From: Leptogorgia sarmentosa | Lineage: Eukaryota | NCBI GenBank assembly: GCA_964658305.1 | Contig: OZ210885.1 | Coordinates: forward strand, 16,988,001 to 17,052,000 | Direction: 5' to 3' | Length of the DNA: 64,000 nucleotides | Shown here: positions 36,080 to 48,400 of the stretch, one piece after another | Position numbering within the stretch: the first letter of the stretch is position 1 | Layout of the letters: each line of letters begins with the position of its first letter | Program-made: the position numbers and the translations under genes | The notes under the pieces: generated by a model | What the model was told of the DNA's origin: nothing | Seen by the model: the letters and a program-made list of their open reading frames with translations, nothing else | Databases searched by the model: none

Positions 36080-39000
36080 GTTTTAAAAGTGTAACTTCCA
36101 TCAGCAAATGTCTACGACCATACCAGTAGGAAAATACCGGTTCTCGTCTGATCACCGAAGTTAAGCCTAGGTGGGCAAAGTTAGTACTTGGATGGGTGAC
36201 CACCTGGGAATACTTTGTGTTGTAGACTTGCTTCACTTTATTGTATGTGTGTTTGTAAATAGGTTTGCTTTCAATTTCATCTTCAGGGTTTTGTTATTGT
36301 TACACGTTTAAAAAGTGTTACTTCCATCAACAAATGTCTACGACCATACCAGTAGGAAAATACCGGTTCTCGTCTGATCACTGAAGTTAAGCCTAGGTGG
36401 GCAAAGTTAGTACTTGGATGGGTGACCACCTGGGAATACTTTGTGTTGTAGACTTGCTTCATTTTATTGTATGTGTGTTTGTAAATAGGTTTGCTTTCAA
36501 TTTCAACTTCAGGGTTTTGTTATTCTTACACGTTTAAAAAGTGTTACTTCCACCAACAAATGTCTACGACCATACCAGTAGCAAAATACCAGTTCTCGTC
36601 TGATCACCGAAGTTAAGCCTAGGTGGGAAAGTTAGTACTTGGATGGGTGACTACCTGGGAATACTTTGTGTTGTAGACTTGCTTCATTTTATTGTATGTG
36701 TGTTTGTAAATATAATTCCTTTCAATTTCAACTTCAGGGTTTTGTTATTGTTACACGTTTAAAAAGTGTAACTTCCATCAACAAATGTCTACCACCATAC
36801 CAGTAGGAAAATACCGGTTCTCGTCTGATCACCGAAGTTAAGCCTAGGTTGGGCAAAGTTAGTACTTGGATGGGTGACCACCTGGGAATATTTTGTGTTG
36901 TAGACTTGCTTCATTTTATTGTATGTGTGTTTGTAAATAGGTTTGCTTGGAATTTCAACTTCAGGGTTTTGTTATTGTTACACGTTTAAAAAGTGTAACT
37001 TCCATCAACAGATGTCTACGACCATACCTGTAGGAAAATACCGGTTCTCCTCTGATCACCGAAGTTAAGCCTAGGTGGGAAAAGTTAGTAGTTGTATGGG
37101 TGACCACCTGGGAATACTTTGTGTTGTCGACTTGCTTCATTTTATTGTATGTGTGTTTGTAAATAGGTTTGCTTTCAATTTCAACTTCAGGGTTTTGTTA
37201 TTGTTACACGTTTAAAAAGTGTTACTTCCATCAACAAATGTCTACGACCATACTAGTAGGAAAATACCGGTCCTCGTCTGATCACCGAAGTTAAGCCTAG
37301 GTGGGCAAGGTTAGTAGTTGGATGGGTGACCACCTGGGAATATTTTGTGTTGTACACTTGCTTCATTTTATTGTATGTGTGTTTCTAAATAGGTTTGCTT
37401 TCAATTTCAACTTCAGGGTTTTGTTATTGTTACACGTTTAAAAAGTGTTACTTCCATCAACAAATGTCTACGACCATACCTGTAGGAAAATACCGGTTCT
37501 CGTCTGATCACCGAAGTTAAGCCTAGGTGGGAAAAGTTAGTAGTTGTATGGATGACCACCTGGGAATACTTTGTGTTGTAGACTTGCTTCATTTTATTGT
37601 ATGTGTGTTTGTAAATAGGTTTGCTTTCAATTTCAACTTCAGGGTTTTGTTATTGTTACACGTTTAAAAAGTGTTACTTCCATCAACAAATGTCTACGAC
37701 CATACCTGTAGGAAAATACCGGTTCTCGTCTGATCACCGAAGTGAAGCCTAGATGGGCAAAGTTAGTAGTTGTATGGGTGACCACCTGGGAATACTTTGT
37801 GTTGTAGACTTGCTTCATTTTATTGTATGTGTGTTTGTAAATAGGTTTGCTTTCAATTTCAACTTCAGGGTTTTGTTATTGTTACACGTTTTAAAAGTGT
37901 AACTTCCATCAGCAAATGTCTACGACCATACCAGTAGGAAAATACCGGTTCTCGTCTGATCACCGAAGTTAAGCCTAGGTGGGCAAAGTTAGTACTTGGA
38001 TGGGTGACCACCTGGGAATACTTTGTGTTGTAGACTTGCTTCACTTTATTGTATGTGTGTTTGTAAATAGGTTTGCTTTCAATTTCATCTTCAGGGTTTT
38101 GTTATTGTTACACGTTTAAAAAGTGTTACTTCCATCAACAAATGTCTACGACCATACCAGTAGGAAAATACCGGTTCTCGTCTGATCACTGAAGTTAAGC
38201 CTAGGTGGGCAAAGTTAGTACTTGGATGGGTGACCACCTGGGAATACTTTGTGTTGTAGACTTGCTTCATTTTATTGTATGTGTGTTTGTAAATAGGTTT
38301 GCTTTCAATTTCAACTTCAGGGTTTTGTTATTCTTACACGTTTAAAAAGTGTTACTTCCACCAACAAATGTCTACGACCATACCAGTAGCAAAATACCAG
38401 TTCTCGTCTGATCACCGAAGTTAAGCCTAGGTGGGAAAGTTAGTACTTGGATGGGTGACTACCTGGGAATACTTTGTGTTGTAGACTTGCTTCATTTTAT
38501 TGTATGTGTGTTTGTAAATATAATTCCTTTCAATTTCAACTTCAGGGTTTTGTTATTGTTACACGTTTAAAAAGTGTAACTTCCATCAACAAATGTCTAC
38601 CACCATACCAGTAGGAAAATACCGGTTCTCGTCTGATCACCGAAGTTAAGCCTAGGTTGGGCAAAGTTAGTACTTGGATGGGTGACCACCTGGGAATATT
38701 TTGTGTTGTAGACTTGCTTCATTTTATTGTATGTGTGTTTGTAAATAGGTTTGCTTGGAATTTCAACTTCAGGGTTTTGTTATTGTTACACGTTTAAAAA
38801 GTGTAACTTCCATCAACAGATGTCTACGACCATACCTGTAGGAAAATACCGGTTCTCCTCTGATCACCGAAGTTAAGCCTAGGTGGGAAAAGTTAGTAGT
38901 TGTATGGGTGACCACCTGGGAATACTTTGTGTTGTCGACTTGCTTCATTTTATTGTATGTGTGTTTGTAAATAGGTTTGCTTTCAATTTCAACTTCAGGG

Positions 39001-42000
39001 TTTTGTTATTGTTACACGTTTAAAAAGTGTTACTTCCATCAACAAATGTCTACGACCATACTAGTAGGAAAATACCGGTCCTCGTCTGATCACCGAAGTT
39101 AAGCCTAGGTGGGCAAGGTTAGTAGTTGGATGGGTGACCACCTGGGAATATTTTGTGTTGTACACTTGCTTCATTTTATTGTATGTGTGTTTCTAAATAG
39201 GTTTGCTTTCAATTTCAACTTCAGGGTTTTGTTATTGTTACACGTTTAAAAAGTGTTACTTCCATCAACAAATGTCTACGACCATACCTGTAGGAAAATA
39301 CCGGTTCTCGTCTGATCACCGAAGTTAAGCCTAGGTGGGAAAAGTTAGTAGTTGTATGGATGACCACCTGGGAATACTTTGTGTTGTAGACTTGCTTCAT
39401 TTTATTGTATGTGTGTTTGTAAATAGGTTTGCTTTCAATTTCAACTTCAGGGTTTTGTTATTGTTACACGTTTAAAAAGTGTTACTTCCATCAACAAATG
39501 TCTACGACCATACCAGTAGGAAAATACCGGTTCTCGTCTGATCACTGAAGTTAAGCCTAGGTGGGCAAAGTTAGTACTTGGATGGGTGACCACCTGGGAA
39601 TACTTTGTGTTGTAGACTTGCTTCATTTTATTGTATGTGTGTTTGTAAATAGGTTTGCTTTCAATTTCAACTTCAGGGTTTTGTTATTCTTACACGTTTA
39701 AAAAGTGTTACTTCCACCAACAAATGTCTACGACCATACCAGTAGCAAAATACCAGTTCTCGTCTGATCACCGAAGTTAAGCCTAGGTGGGAAAGTTAGT
39801 ACTTGGATGGGTGACTACCTGGGAATACTTTGTGTTGTAGACTTGCTTCATTTTATTGTATGTGTGTTTGTAAATATAATTCCTTTCAATTTCAACTTCA
39901 GGGTTTTGTTATTGTTACACGTTTAAAAAGTGTAACTTCCATCAACAAATGTCTACCACCATACCAGTAGGAAAATACCGGTTCTCGTCTGATCACCGAA
40001 GTTAAGCCTAGGTTGGGCAAAGTTAGTACTTGGATGGGTGACCACCTGGGAATATTTTGTGTTGTAGACTTGCTTCATTTTATTGTATGTGTGTTTGTAA
40101 ATAGGTTTGCTTGGAATTTCAACTTCAGGGTTTTGTTATTGTTACACGTTTAAAAAGTGTAACTTCCATCAACAGATGTCTACGACCATACCTGTAGGAA
40201 AATACCGGTTCTCCTCTGATCACCGAAGTTAAGCCTAGGTGGGAAAAGTTAGTAGTTGTATGGGTGACCACCTGGGAATACTTTGTGTTGTCGACTTGCT
40301 TCATTTTATTGTATGTGTGTTTGTAAATAGGTTTGCTTTCAATTTCAACTTCAGGGTTTTGTTATTGTTACACGTTTAAAAAGTGTTACTTCCATCAACA
40401 AATGTCTACGACCATACTAGTAGGAAAATACCGGTCCTCGTCTGATCACCGAAGTTAAGCCTAGGTGGGCAAGGTTAGTAGTTGGATGGGTGACCACCTG
40501 GGAATATTTTGTGTTGTACACTTGCTTCATTTTATTGTATGTGTGTTTCTAAATAGGTTTGCTTTCAATTTCAACTTCAGGGTTTTGTTATTGTTACACG
40601 TTTAAAAAGTGTTACTTCCATCAACAAATGTCTACGACCATACCTGTAGGAAAATACCGGTTCTCGTCTGATCACCGAAGTTAAGCCTAGGTGGGAAAAG
40701 TTAGTAGTTGTATGGATGACCACCTGGGAATACTTTGTGTTGTAGACTTGCTTCATTTTATTGTATGTGTGTTTGTAAATAGGTTTGCTTTCAATTTCAA
40801 CTTCAGGGTTTTGTTATTGTTACACGTTTAAAAAGTGTTACTTCCATCAACAAATGTCTACGACCATACCTGTAGGAAAATACCGGTTCTCGTCTGATCA
40901 CCGAAGTGAAGCCTAGATGGGCAAAGTTAGTAGTTGTATGGGTGACCACCTGGGAATACTTTGTGTTGTAGACTTGCTTCATTTTATTGTATGTGTGTTT
41001 GTAAATAGGTTTGCTTTCAATTTCAACTTCAGGGTTTTGTTATTGTTACACGTTTTAAAAGTGTAACTTCCATCAGCAAATGTCTACGACCATACCAGTA
41101 GGAAAATACCGGTTCTCGTCTGATCACCGAAGTTAAGCCTAGGTGGGCAAAGTTAGTACTTGGATGGGTGACCACCTGGGAATACTTTGTGTTGTAGACT
41201 TGCTTCACTTTATTGTATGTGTGTTTGTAAATAGGTTTGCTTTCAATTTCATCTTCAGGGTTTTGTTATTGTTACACGTTTAAAAAGTGTTACTTCCATC
41301 AACAAATGTCTACGACCATACCAGTAGGAAAATACCGGTTCTCGTCTGATCACTGAAGTTAAGCCTAGGTGGGCAAAGTTAGTACTTGGATGGGTGACCA
41401 CCTGGGAATACTTTGTGTTGTAGACTTGCTTCATTTTATTGTATGTGTGTTTGTAAATAGGTTTGCTTTCAATTTCAACTTCAGGGTTTTGTTATTCTTA
41501 CACGTTTAAAAAGTGTTACTTCCACCAACAAATGTCTACGACCATACCAGTAGCAAAATACCAGTTCTCGTCTGATCACCGAAGTTAAGCCTAGGTGGGA
41601 AAGTTAGTACTTGGATGGGTGACTACCTGGGAATACTTTGTGTTGTAGACTTGCTTCATTTTATTGTATGTGTGTTTGTAAATATAATTCCTTTCAATTT
41701 CAACTTCAGGGTTTTGTTATTGTTACACGTTTAAAAAGTGTAACTTCCATCAACAAATGTCTACCACCATACCAGTAGGAAAATACCGGTTCTCGTCTGA
41801 TCACCGAAGTTAAGCCTAGGTTGGGCAAAGTTAGTACTTGGATGGGTGACCACCTGGGAATATTTTGTGTTGTAGACTTGCTTCATTTTATTGTATGTGT
41901 GTTTGTAAATAGGTTTGCTTGGAATTTCAACTTCAGGGTTTTGTTATTGTTACACGTTTAAAAAGTGTAACTTCCATCAACAGATGTCTACGACCATACC

Positions 42001-42850
42001 TGTAGGAAAATACCGGTTCTCCTCTGATCACCGAAGTTAAGCCTAGGTGGGAAAAGTTAGTAGTTGTATGGGTGACCACCTGGGAATACTTTGTGTTGTC
42101 GACTTGCTTCATTTTATTGTATGTGTGTTTGTAAATAGGTTTGCTTTCAATTTCAACTTCAGGGTTTTGTTATTGTTACACGTTTAAAAAGTGTTACTTC
42201 CATCAACAAATGTCTACGACCATACTAGTAGGAAAATACCGGTCCTCGTCTGATCACCGAAGTTAAGCCTAGGTGGGCAAGGTTAGTAGTTGGATGGGTG
42301 ACCACCTGGGAATATTTTGTGTTGTACACTTGCTTCATTTTATTGTATGTGTGTTTCTAAATAGGTTTGCTTTCAATTTCAACTTCAGGGTTTTGTTATT
42401 GTTACACGTTTAAAAAGTGTTACTTCCATCAACAAATGTCTACGACCATACCTGTAGGAAAATACCGGTTCTCGTCTGATCACCGAAGTTAAGCCTAGGT
42501 GGGAAAAGTTAGTAGTTGTATGGATGACCACCTGGGAATACTTTGTGTTGTAGACTTGCTTCATTTTATTGTATGTGTGTTTGTAAATAGGTTTGCTTTC
42601 AATTTCAACTTCAGGGTTTTGTTATTGTTACACGTTTAAAAAGTGTTACTTCCATCAACAAATGTCTACGACCATACCTGTAGGAAAATACCGGTTCTCG
42701 TCTGATCACCGAAGTGAAGCCTAGATGGGCAAAGTTAGTAGTTGTATGGGTGACCACCTGGGAATACTTTGTGTTGTAGACTTGCTTCATTTTATTGTAT
42801 GTGTGTTTGTAAATAGGTTTGCTTTCAATTTCAACTTCAGGGTTTTGTTA
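36080..42850 (+). repeat. 8-mer (1808 bp) higher-order repeat with one 6-mer (1356 bp) deletion derivative
   Basis: The marker CCTAGGTTGGGC occurs at ~36848, 38656, 40012 and 41820 (spacings 1808, 1356, 1808). Confidence 0.85.
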
Positions 42851-44579
42851 TTGTTACACGTTTAAAAAGTGTTACTTCCATCAACAAATGTCTACGACCA
42901 TACCAGTAGGAAAATACCGGTTCTCGTCTGATCACCGAAATTAAGCCTAGGTGGGCAAGGTTAGTAGTTGGATGGGTGACCCCCTGGGAATATTTTGTGT
43001 TGTACACTTGCTTCATTTTATTGTATGTGTGTTTCTAAATAGGTTTGCTTTCAATTTCAACTTCAGGGTTTTGTTATTGTTACACGTTTAAAAAGTGTTA
43101 CTTCCATCAACAAATGTCTACGACCATACAAGTAGGAAAATACCGGTTCTCGTCTGATCACCGAAGTAAAGAATAGGTGGGCAATGTTAGTACTTGGATG
43201 GGTGACTACCTGGGAATACTTTGTGTTGTAGACTTGCTTCATTTTATTGTATGTGTGTTTGTAAATAGGTTTGCTTTCAATTTCAACTTCAGGGTTTTGT
43301 TATTGTTACACGTTTAAAAAGTGTAACTTCCATCAAAGAATGTCTACGACCATACCAGTAGGAAAATGCCGGGTCTCGTCTGATCACCGAAGTTTAGCCT
43401 AGGTGGGAAAAGTTAGTACTTGGATGGGTGACCACCTGGGAATACTTTGTGTTGTAGACTTGCTTCATTTTATTGTATGTGTGTTTGTAAATAGGTTTGC
43501 TTTCAATTTCAACTTCAGGGTTTTGTTATTGTTACACGTTTTAAAAGTGTTACTTCCATCAACAAATGTCTACGACCATACCAGTAGGAACATACCGGTT
43601 CTCGTTTGATCACCGAAGTTAAGCCTACGTGGGCAAAGTTAGTACTTGGATGGGTGACTACCTGGGAATACCTTGTGTTGTAGACTTGCTTCATTTTATT
43701 GTATGTGTGTTTGTAAATAGGTTTGCTTTCAATTGCAACATCAGGGTTTTGTTATTGTTACACGTTTAAAAAGTGTAACTTCCATCAACAAATGTCTACG
43801 ACTATACCAGTAGGAAAATACCGGTTCTCGTCTGATCACCGAAGTTAAGCCTAGGTGGGCAAAGTTAGTACTTGGATGGGTGACCACCTGGGAATACTTT
43901 GTGTTGTAGACTTGCTTCATTTTATTGTATGTGTGTTTGTAAATAGGTTTGCTTTCAATTTCAACTTCAGGGATTTGTTATTGTTACACGTTTAAAAAGT
44001 GTTACTTCCATGAACAAATGTCTACGACCATACCAGTAGGAAAATACCGGTTCTCGTCTGATCACCGAAGTTAAGCCTAGGTGGGGAAAGTTAGTACTTG
44101 GATGGGTGACCACCTGGGAATACTTTTTTTTGTAGACTTGCTTCATTTTATTGTATGTGTGTTTGCAAATAGGTTTGCTTTCAATGTAAACTTCAGGGAT
44201 TTTGTTATTGCTACATCTGGAAATACTTTGTATTGTTGTTTTGCTAAATGTTATTTAATGCCTATTTGTAAATATACTTCCTTTCAATTTCAACTTCGGG
44301 GTTTTGTTATTGTTACACGATTAAAAAGTGTAACTTCCATCAACAAATGTGTACGACCGTACGAGTAGGAAAATACCGGTTCTCGTCTGATCACCGAAGT
44401 TAAGCCTAGGTGGGCACAGTTAGTAGTTGGATGGGTGACCACCTGGGAATACTTTGTGTTGTAGACTTGCTTCATTTTATTGTATGTGTGTTTGTAAATA
44501 GGTTTGCTTTCAATTTCATCTTCAGGGTTTTGTTATTGTTACACGTTTAAAAAGTGTTACTTCCATCAACAAATGTCTA

Positions 44580-47500
44580 CGACCATACCAGTAGGAAAAT
44601 ACCGGTTCTCGTCTGATCACTGAAGTTAAGCCTAGGTGGGCAAAGTTAGTACTTGGATGGGTGACCACCTGGGAATACTTTGTGTTGTAGACTTGCTTCA
44701 TTTTATTGTATGTGTGTTTGTAAATAGGTTTGCTTTCAATTTCAACTTCAGGGTTTTGTTATTCTTACACGTTTAAAAAGTGTTACTTCCACCAACAAAT
44801 GTCTACGACCATACCAGTAGCAAAATACCAGTTCTCGTCTGATCACCGAAGTTAAGCCTAGGTGGGAAAGTTAGTACTTGGATGGGTGACTACCTGGGAA
44901 TACTTTGTGTTGTAGACTTGCTTCATTTTATTGTATGTGTGTTTGTAAATATAATTCCTTTCAATTTCAACTTCAGGGTTTTGTTATTGTTACACGTTTA
45001 AAAAGTGTAACTTCCATCAACAAATGTCTACCACCATACCAGTAGGAAAATACCGGTTCTCGTCTGATCACCGAAGTTAAGCCTAGGTTGGGCAAAGTTA
45101 GTACTTGGATGGGTGACCACCTGGGAATATTTTGTGTTGTAGACTTGCTTCATTTTATTGTATGTGTGTTTGTAAATAGGTTTGCTTTCAATTTCAACTT
45201 GAGGGTTTTCTTATTGTTACATGTTTAAAAAGTGTAACTTCCATCAACAAATGTCTACGACCATACCAGCAGGAAAATACCGGTTCTCGTCTGATCACCG
45301 AAGTTAAGCCTAGGTGGGCAAGTTAGTACTTGGATGGGTGACCACCTGGGAATACTTTGTTTTGTAGACTTGCTTCATTTTATTGTATGTGTGTTTGTAA
45401 ATAGGTTTGCTTTCAATTTCAACTTTAGGGTTTTGTTATTGTTACACGTTTAAAAAGTGTAACTTCCATCAACAAATGTCTACGACCATACCAGTAGGAA
45501 AATTCCGGTTCTCGTCTGATCACCGAAGTTAAGCCTCGGTGGGCAAAGTTAGTACTTGGATGGGTGACCACCTGGGAATACTTTGTGTTGTAGACTTGCT
45601 TCATTTTATTGTATGTGTGTTTGTAAATAGGTTTGCTTTCAATTTCAACTTCAGGGTTTTGTTATTGTTACACGTTTATAAAGTGTAACTTCCATCAACA
45701 AATGTCTACGACCATACCAGTAGGAAAATACCGGTTCTCGTCTCATCACCGAAGTTAAGCCTAGGTGGGCAAAGTTAGTACTTGGATGGGTGACCACCTG
45801 GGAATACTTTGTGTTGTAGACTTGCTTCATTTTATTGTATGTGTGTTTGTAAATAGGTTTGCTTTCAATTTCAACTTCAGGGTTTTGTTATTGTTACACG
45901 TTTAAAAAGTGTTACTTCCATCAACAAATGTCTACGACCATACCAGTAGGAAAATACCGGTTCTCGTTTGATCACCGAAGTTAAGCCTACGTGGGCAAAG
46001 TTAGTACTTGGATGGGTGACTACCTGGGAATACTTTGTGTTGTAGACTTGCTTCATTTTATTGTATGTGTGTTTGTAAATAGGTTTGCTTTCAATTGCAA
46101 CTTCAGGGTTTTGTTATTGTTACACGTTTAAAAAGTGTAACTTCCATCAACAAATGTCTACGACCATACTAGTAGGAAAATGCCGGTTCTCGTCTGATCA
46201 CTGAAGTTAAGCCTAGGTGGGCAAAGTTAGTACTTGGATGGGTGACCACCTGGGAATACTTTGTGTTGTAGACTTGCTTCATTTTATTGTATGTGTGTTT
46301 GTAAATAGGTTTGCTTTCAATTTCAACTTCAGGGTTTTGTTATTCTTACACGTTTAAAAAGTGTTACTTCCACCAACAAATGTCTACGACCATACCAGTA
46401 GCAAAATACCAGTTCTCGTCTGATCACCGAAGTTAAGCCTAGGTGGGAAAGTTAGTACTTGGATGGGTGACTACCTGGGAATACTTTGTGTTGTAGACTT
46501 GCTTCATTTTATTGTATGTGTGTTTGTAAATATAATTCCTTTCAATTTCAACTTCAGGGTTTTGTTATTGTTACACGTTTAAAAAGTGTAACTTCCATCA
46601 ACAAATGTCTACCACCATACCAGTAGGAAAATACCGGTTCTCGTCTGATCACCGAAGTTAAGCCTAGGTGGGCAAAGTTAGTACTTGGATGGGTGACCAC
46701 CTGGGAATATTTTGTGTTGTAGACTTGCTTCATTTTATTGTATGTGTGTTTGTAAATAGGTTTGCTTTCAATTTCAACTTGAGGGTTTTCTTATTGTTAC
46801 ATGTTTAAAAAGTGTAACTTCCATCAACAAATGTCTACGACCATACCAGCAGGAAAATACCGGTTCTCGTCTGATCACCGAAGTTAAGCCTAGGTGGGCA
46901 AGTTAGTACTTGGATGGGTGACCACCTGGGAATACTTTGTTTTGTAGACTTGCTTCATTTTATTGTATGTGTGTTTGTAAATAGGTTTGCTTTCAATTTC
47001 AACTTTAAGGTTTTGTTATTGTTACACGTTTAAAAAGTGTAACTTCCATCAACAAATGTCTACGACCATACCAGTAGGAAAATACCGGTTCTTGTCTGAT
47101 CACCGAAGTTAAGCCTCGGTGGGCAAAGTTAGTACTTGGATGGGTGACCACCTGGGAATACTTTGTGTTGTAGACTTGCTTCATTTTATTGTATGTGTGT
47201 TTGTAAATAGGTTTGCTTTCAATTTCAACTTCAGGGTTTTGTTATTGTTACACGTTTATAAAGTGTAACTTCCATCAACAAATGTCTACGACCATACCAG
47301 TAGGAAAATACCGGTTCTCGTCTCATCACCGAAGTTAAGCCTAGGTGGGCAAAGTTAGTACTTGGATGGGTGACCACCTGGGAATACTTTGTGTTGTAGA
47401 CTTGCTTCATTTTATTGTATGTGTGTTTGTAAATAGGTTTGCTTTCAATTTCAACTTCAGGGTTTTGTTATTGTTACACGTTTAAAAAGTGTTACTTCCA

Positions 47501-48400
47501 TCAACAAATGTCTACGACCATACCAGTAGGAAAATACCGGTTCTCGTTTGATCACCGAAGTTAAGCCTACGTGGGCAAAGTTAGTACTTGGATGGGTGAC
47601 TACCTGGGAATACTTTGTGTTGTAGACTTGCTTCATTTTATTGTATGTGTGTTTGTAAATAGGTTTGCTTTCAATTGCAACTTCAGGGTTTTGTTATTGT
47701 TACACGTTTAAAAAGTGTAACTTCCATCAACAAATGTCTACGACCATACTAGTAGGAAAATGCCGGTTCTCGTCTGATCACTGAAGTTAAGCCTAGGTGG
47801 GCAAAGTTAGTACTTGGATGGGTGACCACCTGGGAATACTTTGTGTTGTAGACTTGCTTCATTTTATTGTATGTGTGTTTGTAAATAGGTTTGCTTTCAA
47901 TTTCAACTTCAGGGTTTTGTTATTCTTACACGTTTAAAAAGTGTTACCTCCACCAACAAATGTCTACGACCATACCAGTAGCAGAATACCAGTTCTCGTC
48001 TGATCACCGAAGTTAAGCCTAGGTGGGAAAGTTAGTACTTGGATGGGTGACTACCTGGGAATACTTTGTGTTGTAGACTTGCTTCATTTTATTGTATGTG
48101 TGTTTGTAAATATAATTCCTTTCAATTTCAACTTCAGGGTTTTGTTATTGTTACACGTTTAAAAAGTGCAACTTCCATCAACAAATGTCTACCACCATAC
48201 CAGTAGGAAAATACCGGTTCTCGTCTGATCACCGAAGTTAAGCCTAGGTGGGCAAGTTAGTACTTGGATGGGTGACCACCTGGGAATATTTTGTGTTGTA
48301 GACTTGCTTCATTTTATTGTATGTGTGTTTGTAAATAGGTTTGCTTTCAATTTCAACTGGAGGGTTTTCTTATTGTTACATGTTTAAAAAGTGTAACTTC
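44580..48400 (+). repeat. 7-mer (~1580 bp) higher-order repeat, ~2.4 copies
   Basis: AAGCCTCGG occurs at 45537/47117, and TTTATAAAG, TCTCATCACC and CAATTGCAAC recur at the same offset. Confidence 0.8.
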